64,000 nucleotides of DNA from Octopus bimaculoides (Eukaryota): NCBI RefSeq assembly GCF_001194135.2, contig NC_068981.1:52495452-52559451 (forward strand). The letters run 5' to 3'. Both the position numbers and the translations under genes were made by a program. Below the pieces are notes generated by a model. It worked only from the letters and a program-made list of their open reading frames with translations, was not told the origin of the DNA and made no database searches. Of this stretch, positions 12,111 through 26,200 are shown in pieces. The stretch's first letter is position 1. Every line of letters starts with the position of its first letter.

Positions 12111-12280
12111 TGTTTTGTATTAGATTGTCAATAATGTTGTGGAGTTGGTTGTAATAACATCAACTTTTAACAAGGCAATGAGGGAGCCTGTATGTAGTCA
12201 CTTGACCTACTTAAAATAGCAGCCATATCTCTTTTAAATCACATGCTGTCATTGTAAAGATATTGCATAATAGTCTAAAA

Positions 12281-12428
12281 CAGTGCTACTCGAAGTGGTG
12301 GTCCAGGAGCCATCAGCTGCGGGTATGCAGCATGTTTCCAGAAAAGAAAGAAACATTTTAGAATGCTTATGTAGGAAAAAAAAAAAAAAACTGCTGATAT
12401 GCCACATCAGATAGTTTGAGAAGTACTT
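12281..12428. mobile_element. 148-bp hAT (Charlie-like) MITE nested in a SINE
   Basis: Ends cagtgctactcgaa / tttgagaagtactt; 8-bp TSD gtctaaaa at 12273-12280 and 12429-12436. Confidence 0.75.
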
Positions 12429-12712
12429 GTCTAAAATACACTATTTCTAAAAAGAAAAAAAATGACTGTATAGTTATGGCTGGGATGTCTTTTATATATC
12501 TGTCTGATCAGCATTGATTTAAGGCTAAACAACATGCATGGTTGTGTGGTTAAAGAAAGTTTGTTTGCAACCATGTGGTTTTAGTTTTGATCCCACTATG
12601 TAGCAGCACTTTGGGAAAGTGTCCACTATAGCCTCAGGTTGACTAATGCCTTGTGAATATAACTGGTAAACACACTATACAGAAACCGTGCAGAAAGATG
12701 TACACATATACT

Positions 12713-12857
12713 CTCTTTTACTTGTTTCAGTCATTTGACTGCAGCCATGCTGGAGCACTGCCTTTAGTCGAGCAAATCGAACCACTAAGTTACGGGGACG
12801 TAATCACACCACCATCGGTTGTCAAGCGATGTTGGGGGGACAAACACAGAGACACAA

Positions 12858-12890
<33 letters not shown>

Positions 12891-13066
12891 CACACACATA
12901 TATACGACAGGCTTCTTTCAGTTTCCATCTACCAAATCCACTCACAAGGCTTTGGTCGGCCTGAGGCTGTAGTAGAAGACACTTGCCCAAGGTGCCTCAC
13001 AGTGGGAATGAACCCAGAACCACGTGGTTGGTAAGCAAGCTACTTACCACACAACCACTCCTGCAC
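12713..13066 (-). mobile_element. tRNA-derived SINE (family A)
   Basis: Reverse complement of the 1041-1418 family; a partial + copy lies just before it (~12535-12660). Confidence 0.85.
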
Positions 13067-13244
13067 GTGTATATCTTTCACTGATGTACATCTGTGAGAA
13101 AACTGATAAAGTAGTGGTATTTATTTCGCCTGAAATACAATTTCTTTGTCATTGCACCAGCAGAAACTTAGTGAGCCAATGACAGGCTTGGAGATCAATG
13201 ACCCTATTATTCATAAAATGCAGGATAGAGAATAAAATAACAAA

Positions 13245-14375
13245 TAGATTCCAGGGTGAAAAACTAGAGGTAGTCGATAGCTTCCGCTATCTGGGCGACC
13301 AAGTTAGTAGTGGGGGTGGGTGCGCTGAAAGTGTAGCTGCTAGAATAAGAATAGCCTGGGCAAAGTTTAGAGAGCTCTTACCCCTGCTGGCGACAAAGGG
13401 ACTCTCACTCAGAGTAAAAGGCAGACTGTATGACGCATGCGTACGAACAGCCATGCTACATGGCAGTGAAACATGGGCTGTAACTGCTGAGGACATACGT
13501 AAGCTCGCAAGGATGTGTAATGTCAATGTGAATACCCGTCAGAGTGTAAGTATCTTGAGAGAAAAGCTGAACATTAGAAGCATCAGTNNNNNNNNNNNNN
13601 NNNNNNNNNNNNNNNNNNNNNNNNNNNNNNNNNNNNNNNNNNNNNNNNNNNNNNNNNNNNNNNNNNNNNNNNNNNNNNNNNNNNNNNNNNNNNNNNNNNN
13701 NNNNNNNNNNNNNNNNNNNNNNNNNNNNNNNNNNNNNNNNNNNNNNNNNNNNNNNNNNNNNNNNNNNNNNNNNNNNNNNNNNNNNNNNNNNNNNNNNNNN
13801 NNNNNNNNNNNNNNNNNNNNNNNNNNNNNNNNNNNNNNNNNNNNNNNNNNNNNNNNNNNNNNNNNNNNNNNNNNNNNNNNNNNNNNNNNNNNNNNNNNNN
13901 NNNNNNNNNNNNNNNNNNNNNNNNNNNNNNNNNNNNNNNNNNNNNNNNNNNNNNNNNNNNNNNNNNNNNNNNNNNNNNNNNNNNNNNNNNNNNNNNNNNN
14001 NNNNNNNNNNNNNNNNNNNNNNNNNNNNNNNNNNNNNNNNNNNNNNNNNNNNNNNNNNNNNNNNNNNNNNNNNNNNNNNNNNNNNNNNNNNNNNNNNNNN
14101 NNNNNNNNNNNNNNNNNNNNNNNNNNNNNNNNNNNNNNNNNNNGGCACATAAAAGACACCATTTCGAGCGTGGCCGTTTTCGTGCGGGTGACACGTAAAA
14201 GCACCCACTACACTCTCTGAGTGGTTGGCGTTAGGAAGGGCATCCAGCTGTAGAAACTCTGCCAAATTAGACTGGAGCCTGGTGTTGCCATCCGGTTTCA
14301 CCAGTCCTCAGTCAAATCGTCCAACCCATGCTAGCATGGAAAGCGGACGTTAAACGATGATGATGATGATGATGA
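13245..14375 (+). mobile_element. 5'-truncated, relatively young RTE LINE spanning gap 13588-14143
   Basis: EKLEVVDSFRYLGDQVSSGGGCAESVAARIRIAWAKFRELLPLL...GSETWAVT; 3' end with (GAT)n tail at 14357-14375. Confidence 0.9.
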
Positions 14376-14430
14376 TACAATATACAGAAAATACTTTAAT
14401 GTAACTCTATCAGTATTAATATTACTTACA

Positions 14431-14627
14431 ATAAAGGCAGCATGCTGGGCAAAATGCTTAGTGGTATTTTGTTCGTCTTTACATTCTGAGTTCAAATGCA
14501 GCCAAGGTCGACTTTGTCTTTCATCCATTTGTAGTTGATAAAATAAGTTTCGGTTGTGAACTGGGGTTGATGTAATCGACTTACCCTCTCCCCTGAACTT
14601 GCTGGCCTAGTGCCAAAATTTGAAACC
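14431..14627 (+). mobile_element. tRNA-derived SINE (family B) with 13-bp TSD, followed by a second decayed copy (14660-14790)
   Basis: Direct repeat aatattacttaca at 14418-14430 and 14628-14640; B-box-like 'ctgagttcaaat'; same family at 51717-51915. Confidence 0.8.
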
Positions 14628-15674
14628 AATATTACTTACAGTAGCATTTCATGTGGCTCATTACATTCTGGGTTCAAATTCTGCTGAGGTTGACTTTGTT
14701 TTGCATCCTTATTTGAATACTGGGGTTAATGTAATTGGTTTACCCTTTCCCTTAAAACTGTTGGCCTTGTATCAAAATTTGAAACTAATATTATTTATAA
14801 TAGCCAATGGCAACCAAGAGTGGAGTGAATGTAAAATGAAGGACATATGACATTCACTGTATGTCTCTACATTCTCATGTGACTATGCAGCATCAATAGA
14901 CTTGAAAAGTATAAAAGGTTCTATTAGCAACACAGATTGTAATAAAGATTTCCAGAAGAAATAAAGTGAGACCATGGTTGGCTAAATTAGTAGAGTACCA
15001 GATAGGAGGTTATGAATTCATGTCGTCACCAGCACTGTGTTGTGTCTATTGCCAATACATTTAACTTTCGAATATTCAGTTCACCCTGCTGTATACAGTC
15101 ACTGCAGAGTAAGAACAACTCACTACTGCAGACGTGGGAACTCTGTAAAATTCATCAATGTTTTGTTAGTTGGCAGTGCTGAATTTAACTCCTTGAATTC
15201 TATCAAGCTGGCTAACTCAAGTAGTTTTACATAAGTGTGGTCTATCAATATTTCAATGTTATGGGATTAGAAGATGCAGCTGCATGGAGTCAGTTTAGGT
15301 GAGATAATAATGGTGTTGAGTCTTTTACAATCAAAGTGAATGTGACGGTCAGGGTTACAGTTCAGCAGTAGGCTGCAGGGTAGATTTTTTTCTCTCGAGT
15401 TTAGTCCAAAACAGTGGTTCTTAAATTGCAGAGAGCCAATTCTAGGAGCTGTGAGAAAAAAGTGTTAAACAACTTTTTGTTGTTTTGTTGCTAATTTATA
15501 CAACTTCTTCTTTTGAGAAATTGGTTGGATGCTCAACATGCCATCTTTTTAATGAGTTATTTCTTTGTTAATAATAATCAATAGTAAAATTTTCAAAACA
15601 AAGACTTATGACCAAAACATTTAAAATAAATTTGGTTTGCAAGGTTCTTTATGTGAATTCGTGTGTTGAAGCAT

Positions 15675-15898
15675 ATTTTATTGTCTGGGGAGAGTCATTC
15701 TCTTTTAGTGCCTTATTAACTAAACACACTTACTGGTTCAATTTCCACTCATTTACTTATTTATTTTTTTACTAAAATTTTCGTGATGCAATGAAAATTT
15801 TAGTAAAAATGAATAAGTAAATGTGTGGAAATTGGACTGGTGAGTGTGTTAAATTAATAAGGCACTAAAAGAGAATGACTCTTCCCAGACAATAAAAT
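15675..15898. mobile_element. Foldback MITE, ~110-bp arms, 6-nt loop
   Basis: 15675-15784 is the reverse complement of 15791-15898 with 10 mismatches and one 2-nt indel by hand alignment. Confidence 0.9.
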
Positions 15899-15954
15899 TT
15901 TAAATGAAATTAAAATACAAAAAGCAATCTGACTATTTCAATGATTATACTGTT

Positions 15955-15960
15955 TTTATT
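15955..15960 (-). terminator. Probable septin poly(A) signal AATAAA (a second one at 16001-16006)
   Basis: AATAAA on the minus strand followed by a U/GU-rich tract (ttgctttttgtatttt); implies a ~2.9-kb 3' UTR. Confidence 0.5.
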
Positions 15961-18835
15961 CAAATATTTAGACTAAATAGAATTCAATGACAATGAATAC
16001 TTTATTTAAAACAAATATTACAATAAAAAATCAACTTACAAATTAAATACAAATGCAAATTATAAAAAAATAAACAAATGAAATGGTTTCAAATGCTCTC
16101 TGCTTATACTAGAAGCTCATTATAGTATCTGCACAACCCTTGCATACTAAAAGCACATAATGAACACCATCTGCACCAGCCTCTTCAGTAGATCATATGC
16201 AATAATGTGGCTAGATATAAAACTAAGTAAAGAAGTTAGATCCTCATTATTAAACCACTTGGATATAGATTATTACTTTAAATTCCTAAAACAATGGTTA
16301 TCTTTTCTAAACTAAACTTTAAAGAGTACAGTAGCTGATAATTGATAATTCTTATTAATAAAATTGTTTTGAAGTTAGTCAATGGTTTGCTGCCAGTTTG
16401 ACAGAAAATCACAATTGTCAGTGAAGGTTTGCAGATATGGAAGCATATAAAGATAACAGTTTTGATTTCAATGTTGAGAGCAGATTTTTTTTACTTATAC
16501 ACAAGCATTAATTATCTGAATACATTAATGAATGAACAGTCACTTCATTCATCATGCAAACACATAAGTATTTTTTAATATATATCACATGTCATTAACT
16601 ATTTAGTAAAAGAAATTGCACATTGGATCCCAGGTACAGCAATCATTTACAAAAGTCCAAAAGGTGAATTATATAGACACATACAACAAGACATGATGAG
16701 AAGGTATGTGTATAACTGACTTGGTTATTTAAAAAGAAATCTTCTATACAGATTCAAGATATAAAATAACTGCATGCAAAATTTGACAAAGTATGGTGAA
16801 AAATGTCTTTCAAAAAAAAAAAAAGTTGTACTCTTGGTAAAATTAGATGTTATGGGGCACAGGCTTCATATTAATTATAATGATATGTGGCATGATTATG
16901 GGAAATAGGATGGCACTTTTTTTAGTTGAATTAATAAGAAAATTAACTTTTTTGAATTTTAATATTTCTTCTTACTGATTTTAAGTGATAATTGATATAA
17001 AAGAAGTACATAGCAAAAATAAATTAAAAAAAAACAATCTTCCAAGTAGAATTTTATAACAGATGGAAGCATTTTAAACTGAGAAAATTTATAAAAGGTA
17101 AAAAATAAAATAAAACTTAATTACAAAGTACTGAGCCAGTTTGTTTATGATTTAATACATAAAGATATAAATTATCTAATGGAAAATTGAAAAAAATAAT
17201 TTTGCAATGAATTGTCTTTGAAAAATGCCATTCTCAAGAGAACCACACATTTGATTTTAGAAGAAAGTGGGTATATCTACACATTAGAACAGTAGCTATC
17301 AAATATGTTTATAAAGTAAGATAAATTTAAGGCAGATCTTTTACACCAAATGTTTTTGTTTCTGTTCTTAATAAATATGACTTATAAATAATTTGCAAAC
17401 TAAAACAAAGACTGAACTTTTAATTTTACTTGGAAATGATACTCAAAATAAATATTTTTGTATAGGTGGATAGAGTATAAAATGTAATATAAAAAAAAAT
17501 GGGGGGAGGGGAAAATAACATTTGAAAGGAAACTTATTTTATGGTGATGCATGTGAAACAAAATTTGAGTTTAGTGATACTAAGAAGGCAGTTGAGACCA
17601 ATAATAAACACAAATTTATTTGATAATGTAACATTACTGGTTAACTTTTCATTTGTTTTCTTTTAAATTTTAATTCTTGATAAATTACTGTAAATGTGAA
17701 ATACATGAAGTAATTCCATATGAAAATAAATTTAGACAAGAAAATTTTAAATGAACTGGTAACTTTAAAGAAGGTTCTATGCTTAATAAAAAACAAAACA
17801 AACTTTATAATGGCAAAGAAAAAATATCCAAGTAATACAACCGGTGCTTTATCGTTTTATATTCTTTGCAGAGAGTGAACATGTTTTTTTTTTTAATCTT
17901 TAGTAATAAAAGATAGTCATTGGATAGAATATCAACTGCAATTAGTCAGAATTATAGAATGCATAAGATTTTATATCTATTGATATAGTTCACTTCTTTA
18001 CCAGTTAAGAAGAAACCAATCTAGTAATAGAATTTATTTTACCATCAAAAATATTTACAAAGAATAACAATGAAAATAAGATGGCTAGGTGTGCCTAACA
18101 ACAGTTCTAATCCTTTATCAATCTTTATCAGTATCTTTCAACATATTGCTTATTGTTTTCCATTATGTCACATGACCAAAGCTATTCTGGCTTCAGAAAC
18201 TGTATAAATAGCACATATTTCAGTTATCAAAATTATTAAAATGAATAATTTGAATGTAAACCACTTCACTTTCATGCTCTTTCTTTCTCTCTATGTATCA
18301 GAGAACATGTGTAATTTTATTATCAAGAAATGGTTAATGTCTAAACTAAGCCACATAAATTTTAAAGACAAAACTTATAAATTGAACATCTGTTCAAAAA
18401 TTGAATCTCTCAGATATGAATGCTATGGGAAGATGAAGCATATGATACAGTTAGTAAATATAGAAATACATGATCTTGTTTTATGTTGGTGAAAGGTATA
18501 TGTAATTAATAAAAATGATTCTAATGTTCACATTAGAAGTATTATTATACTAGTGCTGATTTGGCAAACGTCTGGCACTAGGATCCAGTTAGGAAGATGA
18601 CAATGAAAAATTGTGGTAGATTGGATACAGAATATTACATTCCAAAAAAGATGACACCCTAAAGAATTGAAAATGATAGCTGAAAAGAGAAGTCATGTTG
18701 AAAATACTGGAGAGTGAGTGAATGCAGTTTGTTGCACATTGCTGACAGATCCTGGTCAGTCAGAAAGTTATTGTTGTAGTCCTCCCAATAAAATTGTGGA
18801 ACCATAAACATTCTTTTAGCAATTTCACTTCCTTT

Positions 18836-18869
18836 TCAAAATATGGACTTCTTCTTATCTTTCTTTGTA
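18836..18869 (-). CDS. SEPTIN7: Septin-7 terminal coding exon: (D)TKKDKKKSIF*
   Basis: Acceptor ttttattttctgcag, phase 2; tail resembles the SEPT7/Pnut basic-hydrophobic C-terminus. Confidence 0.9.
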
Positions 18870-21800
18870 CTGCAGAAAATAAAATGAAAAATATTAAAAT
18901 TATATCAAAACAAAAAAAATTGAAAGTATTAAATCATAAAACTTTTTTTCACCAAATTTCCATTGGAAAGTGAAAGAATAATTGGAATTAAAGAAAACAA
19001 TATTAGTTTTTCTAAATGAATTTCATGTAAATGTAGTCAATCTCTCCCTAATATAGAGACTGACTCAATGCAGACAGTTTCTTAGCTGTGGAACAGAATC
19101 AACTAAACAAAGATTTGCAGGATATATTTTCAGAGTTTTTTTTTTTTAATGTATACTTCACAAATATAAAATTATATTGATAAAACCTTATCTTATATTA
19201 ACAATGAGTAAATTTGGTAATAGCAAAATAGCTAACATATATTTTTAAATAATAGAAATACCGAATGATTAAAAATAAAATAAAATATATAAAAAATATA
19301 AATTTGGAACTATTTTGTTTCAGACAACCAATCCCAAAGACATATCTATGAAAGAACAGCATCAGAAGAAAAGAAAAATCAGACATCACAAACAACATAG
19401 ACAAAACATATATGGAAACACTATGACCTTATAACTAGTTCAATAATTTATTTTAAAAAACGTGCAACAAAAATGAAGTAAAATGATGATAAACTAACTG
19501 AATATAATAAATACTTAAACAGAATCAAATTCATTGAAATTCTTTTTGGTAACTTATTTGAAATTTGAAAGTTTATGAATTTATTTACGGTGCTCCAACA
19601 TGGCCACAGTCAAATGACTAAAACAAGTAAAAGAATAAAAAAACATCCTCTAAAACAGAAACGGCACTATAAAACATGTAGATTTTTTTCTTCTAAAATT
19701 CTTTATAATACTAAGGTATATAATTGATTGAACTGACCTCAGTGTATATCAATAACAGATGTAGGAAAGAAAATGAGATTTAAACTCTAATACACAGTAC
19801 ACTTAACTAAATTGCAGAAAAAAACCCCCATAATGTCTTGATTAATACTGAACACCAATATACAAATTATATTCATTTAAATAAAATGACAACTTTATTT
19901 TAATGCTATACTACAGAATATAACTATCATTTTTTTTTTAGTCCACACTATGCATGAACACAGACATTTTCATGGATAGGAAAAGATGAATCAGTTGAAC
20001 TAGTTTCAATCTTGTGTTGAGATTTTATCAATGACTGAGTAGCTCTTTAACTACCCACAGAGATACTGCTTATAAGCATACTATTATTAATGGCTTAAAT
20101 AAAAGATATAACACATTCTTGGCAGGTAGTTTGATTATTAAAATACAGGTACATTGACAGTGTTTGGTTTCAAAGCTGTATCATACTATAGAATATATAT
20201 TATATATACATTCTTAACCAACATTAAGAACAGACAGATGTAAACATCTTGTCTGTATATACAATATCTTTACAGACAGAAAACTTTGTATATTACAGAC
20301 AAGGTGTTAATATCTGTCTATTCATAGTGTTAGCTAAAAATCTATAGGTATATTCTATAGTACAATACAGCATTGAATCAATACAGTTAACACACTAGTA
20401 ATTCATTAATCCAAATTTACTTTTAAATTCTTTCAGAAAAAGAATACATGAGGCTCCAGTATAAACTACTTTGAAAGTAGGCAAAGATATCTACACTGTT
20501 ACAGGAGATTTTCGTTCAAACAAGGTACACTGCTACAAATAGAAATTAATGTCATTCAATAAAAATAGACAAAGAAAACAGGAGATTCTTGACAGTTCTG
20601 ATGGAAATAGATGAAACTAAAATTTCAGAAGCTATCCAACCAACTGCAATTAACCACCATTTCAATTTTGTTCTGTTGACAAAAGAAATTTCACAAACTC
20701 AAAATCCCATTTCAATATTGGAATCAAAGAAATGTCTATCCTCCATATTAAAGCAGAACTTATAGGAAGGTTTTTACCTTAGTGTTAATGCAAGCCAATG
20801 AAAGAGCTCTTATGTGGTCACTTAACTACTAGAAATAGCTGCTAGATCTCTTACAAATTACACCACACCATCTTGAAAAGAGAGTAGTATATTGACAGAT
20901 ACACAATACCTAAGAGAAAGATGGTTTGGTTGCAACTAAACACCTTTGATTACAAGGTCTGCTCAATCAAAGCTTTCCAGGGACTAAGATGCTGTTGTAC
21001 ATCCAAGAAGCAAGTAACTTGGAACAATGTTGTAGATAAAATTAAGTGTGTAAACGGTTTGGAAGTAGAAAAAAAATGTAGTAGAGATTATATGAAGAGT
21101 TTAGATGACACTACATTTACTGAGCTGGAGTGAATGTTAATGGCATGAAAAAAGTGTAAAGTGCCCGAGACAAATTAGGCTGTTATGGGAAAGAAATGCT
21201 GTCAAAAGTAGAGATGTAGTCAAGGGCTAATAGTAAGAGAAGCTTATATTATCACTACAATACAATCATTGAACATATGGTATGAGGCAGAGAGAGTCTA
21301 TAATCAGTAGAGGAAATAAAAGTTTCAGATATTAAATAAAACAATGATATGTAGGCAGAGAAAATTGCAAGACAACCTTACAAATAAAAGAAAACAACTA
21401 TCTTGCATTTGTTCTGCATGTTTATAGTTGTTGTTTACTTCCATGTCAGCTTCAACTAAGCAAAACCTAGGAGCAACCATGACAATCCTGTCCTCATAGA
21501 TCTGAGATTACATTATCCAATGTGTCCTTCACTTTTAAAGAATAATTTTAAGGATATTTGGCTGTTAATTCTCATAGGTTATGTAACCATGTAGAATCCC
21601 ATTTGTTAACTCAAAAGGCTAGGTGAGGCTGAATGGCTTATGAGAAATTTGCCATGTAAAAATGTGCAATAAACGTCAGAATCAACTGCAAACCCAATGA
21701 AGAATTTATGTATGTAAATATAGTTTAGCCTGCTTTGAAAGAAATCATTAGCTGAAAATCCAAGTTATAATTTCAAAGAAAGACTAAATGTGTTTTATAG

Positions 21801-23041
21801 TCATAAAATTCATGGATTTCTATTATGTGTAGTTTATCTAACAATTAACTTCAAATATTTTTGTCAAACATTTTCTATGTCGACCAGAATCCTTAGTTGT
21901 GTACACAACCCTTTAGCATTCAGATTAGAATGACATTGTAGGAGACGTGTGAGAGGCTGGATCTGGCTGGTTTAAATAAGACAGAATGAGATGGACATGA
22001 TTAAAGCAGCGTGTGTTGAGAATTGGCTATATTAATTTTATATTAATTCCATTCAAATCAGCTAGATGTCATTATGTGTTGAGAAATATGTTTTACTTTA
22101 AAGAGTTCTTTGGATGGGATAGTATGAAGTGCAGGAAAAGCAAAAACAAGACAGGGAACCAAGATATCAGTAATAAGAGAACAGAGAATCTTGTAGTGAT
22201 AGAGAAGGCAACCAAATAGAAAAATAAGACTTGATAAAAACCATTTAACACACACACACAAAATATTCTGACAGGATCAAAGCAACTTTTGTAAGGAGTG
22301 TGTGGTGCACATAATTAATTAAATCAAAGTATAATCCTGGCACTGATTTTATCAACTTCAAAAAGAGAGAAAAAGAAAAGACTGAGTTTAAATTGAGTCT
22401 GGAGGAAATAACTGCTATCTGGCCCTGAATGGTAAGAAATATTGAATAGATAATGATGTTTTTCATTAATCTTTAACATCTGTAGACTGATCTACTACAC
22501 CAATTCAAAATAGAGTCTCTAGCTAAAAAAGCACACATCCAAAATATAACTGTTGACACTTGAACTATAAGGGAAATATTTGTCATTATTATACTATATG
22601 GCCTGATCATAATAGTTGTAAGATGAAACAAAATAAAAACCCTATATCAATGAATAGTATAACCATTGCACCAAAAATAATGATAAAAGATAATATATCA
22701 AGTTTGAAGATTTTTAAAATTAATTATTGAACTTAAATGATTTTCGTTTGATACAGAGCAAAAACAAAATAAATAATGTATTACTCAAGACATGAGAATC
22801 TAAATTTCATTTATTTTACTTGTTTTTTTTTTTGTAATTGAAAAAATAACAACAAGGCAGCAACTAAAGCTCTGAAATCATGCAAAGGAATGGGTTTGAG
22901 GCAGTAACATGAAGGTATGTATATATGAAGATGACAAGGTTCTGAAGAAAAACGAAAAAAAAAAAAAAAAAACCCTCATCTAATAATACATACAATCTAA
23001 TCTGTAAATGTAAAACTGTTCCAGAATATTCACAGCCTTAC

Positions 23042-23287
23042 CCACAATAAGGACAACACACGAAGCTCAAATGCTGAATAGCAGCTGCTAAGCAGGATGA
23101 CACAGACATACAAAGGACACAATACAAACCACATTGGTTTCCACTTAGCAGGGTAAGACACACAAGTTGCGAAAGCCACTGAAAATATTTGAGACAAATA
23201 TTCACTATATCACAGGAATAGGTGAGAATATGCAAGCTAGATGGGATCAAGCAGTTTGAGAGAAGAGAGGAACCTCTTGAATAGAGG
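23042..23287 (-). CDS. SEPTIN7: Candidate 246-nt in-frame cassette exon (82 aa, hydrophobic, 11 Cys)
   Basis: Branch-like gactaat, acceptor gcttttcaattatgcacag, donor TGG|gtaagg; phase 2 in and out; no stop; 41% GC vs 17% in 23341-23460. Confidence 0.45.
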
Positions 23288-26200
23288 CTGTGCATAATTG
23301 AAAAGCATATTGTTCTAAATATTAGTCATACAGATTCTCAACTGAAATAAGCATATTTGTAGGAATTAAATTCCTTATAAGCAATTTTGAATTTAATATA
23401 AAATGACTAATAATAAGGATAATAATGAAAATATACATTAAATTTTTTTAAGACTAAAAAATAAATTCATTTTTTAAAAATCAGGACGAACAGAATGACT
23501 ACAGAAAGAAACAAAATTATTTGACATATATCATTGAAAATGCAAATAATAATGTATAATCAATTAATTTCTAGAAAAATAGATACAATGCCAAATAAAA
23601 AAATTTAAGAAACAAAATAGTAATCAAGGAATAAAATAGAGAAATTAGGTTTTATTCTCAAAGAATAAAGTTTGTGAATGAATATATTCTTTAAAATAGA
23701 CAGGAATAATAGGCCTTATTTCATTTGTTTTATTTTATACAAAGGTTTTCTCTCTTTGTGAAAGGGCAGTGTAGAGATGTGCATGAAAAATTATGGTTAT
23801 ACATATATATATATATATATGGCTGTGTAATACAGATACTGAATGCAGAGAATGTGTAATAATTGGGAAGGAGAAATGAATTCAGTATAGTCTGTTGAAT
23901 TTCCAGTGTTAACCTGGAAGAAAGGTGGAGCAGAAGTGAGTTGCAAAAGCAGCTGGGGTATCAAAGGCATTGGCCAATATATGCAGGACAGGTGACTGCT
24001 TCAAGATGTCATATCAATGGATGATGCATGCAAGTGAGGAAAAGTTATGAATTGGTCAAATTATAACTTTACACAAACCAATAAATATTTGGGAAAAAAT
24101 GCCTGATTATGTTAAATTCTTATAAATAGGATGCCAGTAGACAGACAATACAATTTTGTGGACCCATTGCACTATATAATTCAAATGGTAATCTATACTG
24201 CTGATGGTAATTATAAAGATACTTTCAATATTGAAATATGTATATACACTGAGACACTTTTGAACAAAATTTGAAACATTCTAAATATGGCAATGAATCT
24301 AATAATAAACAATTATCGATAACATTCATAATGGTCAATCCAATTGAGTAGGCTTTCATCAGATATATTTAAAGAAAAGTAATAAAACGAAGCTGTTGAA
24401 GAAAAGCACCTTTTTTAGAATAACAAAAGTATGTTACACCATGCCACTCTATCTTTCAAATGGATGAGACAAAAATTGGTGTATCACAGGTATCTCTTGT
24501 TGTTTTTTATTTTTCTAATTTCATATAATTTCCTTTCTTTTTAGAAGGGTGGGTAGCTGGCCCAATGGCTAAGCACAATTCTTTTGAAGAAAATTACTTT
24601 TTTCTGTAGGGAGAATTGCATACTTTAACGTAAGCCAACAAAAATTTACCAATATTATAGGGCTATCACTGCTTACACAGCAATCTATACCACCATGTGG
24701 TAGCCATTTAGAATTAGGTGGACTCATTGCAAACTAAACTATAAAAGAAAAAGGAAGTAGTAAAATATTTTGCTTTAACTTTTTGAAAATCAGTCAAAAT
24801 CTTTCCTACAATTGAAAAAGGTGCTTAAAATCACAACATTTAAGTTGTATGAAGAGGTTAAAAATTATCCTAACTTTTAATGAAATGATTTTTAAAATTA
24901 CTAGAAGAAATACAACACACCAAACAAATGGCTCACTATATACACATTCCAGAAATAATGACACTAAAATATTATTATCACTTACAAAAAAACTTTGAGA
25001 GTACAACACAATAATCCTTTATAAAACTTGTAAGACAAATCAGAAGAAAAACCTAAAACACAAACCCTCCTCACAAAAGACCAAGATGCAGCAACAATTA
25101 ATGCATAGGTTATGACAATTTAGTTAGTTGAACTGTGACATCATATAATACCAAACATGACCAACAATCAAGTTTATTTTCAAAATATGAAGCATCCAAT
25201 ACACAAAATCATTATATCAAGTTTGGAAAAATATATCCTGTAAAAGAATGAATACTGAAAACATTGGCTTAAACACAATATGAATCTTACACATTAGATA
25301 ATACAAAGGAAAACCAAGCCCTACATGTTCAAAGAACTTGAAATTTACGTGCCATCACAATCATGATTCTGATACCTCCATATCTCAAAGAAGAAACAAA
25401 TAGGAAATTTTTGACAGACTAACATCTTGACACTCAAATGTGATTTTTCTTGTACTATTACTTGAAAATATTAATCTGGTTATAGGTTAAATCCTTAAAT
25501 CAGTTAAAAACCCAGTGGAAATATACATGGAAAAATTTAGAGGCTACTTTATGTAATACTTATCAGTAACATTGTGATATTTTTTTTTTATCATAGCAGT
25601 ATGAATAGAAATGAATTTATTTGCACATAAATTATTGAAGCAACTGTGTTTACAATTAGAAGTCCTTCTACAAGCACCTGGATAGTAGCAATATCTACAT
25701 TTACATTGTTGAAATGTTTTTAATGCACAGTATATATTTCCCCCAAACAACATTTTAAACTTAACAAAATTAGAAAACTAATCTAGTATAGCTATCAAGA
25801 TAACATTCTTATCGTCACACATCATCATATTATCAATCACACTAAGATATATCTTTCTTGTATCTGAAATATATCTTCAATACTACAGACACTTTGTAAA
25901 AATGTTTATCAAAGTAGCTTACAGCATTATTTTATTAAAACTACAGACCCATATCAGGCTTTATTACATTTTTGTAACTCATCACATTGTAATATTAGTC
26001 AGAAGTATATCAATTGTTATTTTCATATTGTAACCAAACTTTTATTCATATTTCTTCATTTACAGAATCTTATATATAACTTCTTCATATATTCCACTGG
26101 TCATATGAATTCTTTTTATTTTAAGGCTCGACAGCCAATCAAAACAGAAATTTACAGAATTTTTTGATTGCCTGCACACATACACACACACACAAAAAAA

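Noticed and set aside
13198-14301. Long ORFs of 200-340 aa
   Set aside because: The length comes from N runs; the real sequence is an RTE fragment
20770-21620. Convergent pair of old SINEs and a possible RTE remnant between them
   Set aside because: Too diverged to define boundaries or argue for stable pairing by eye
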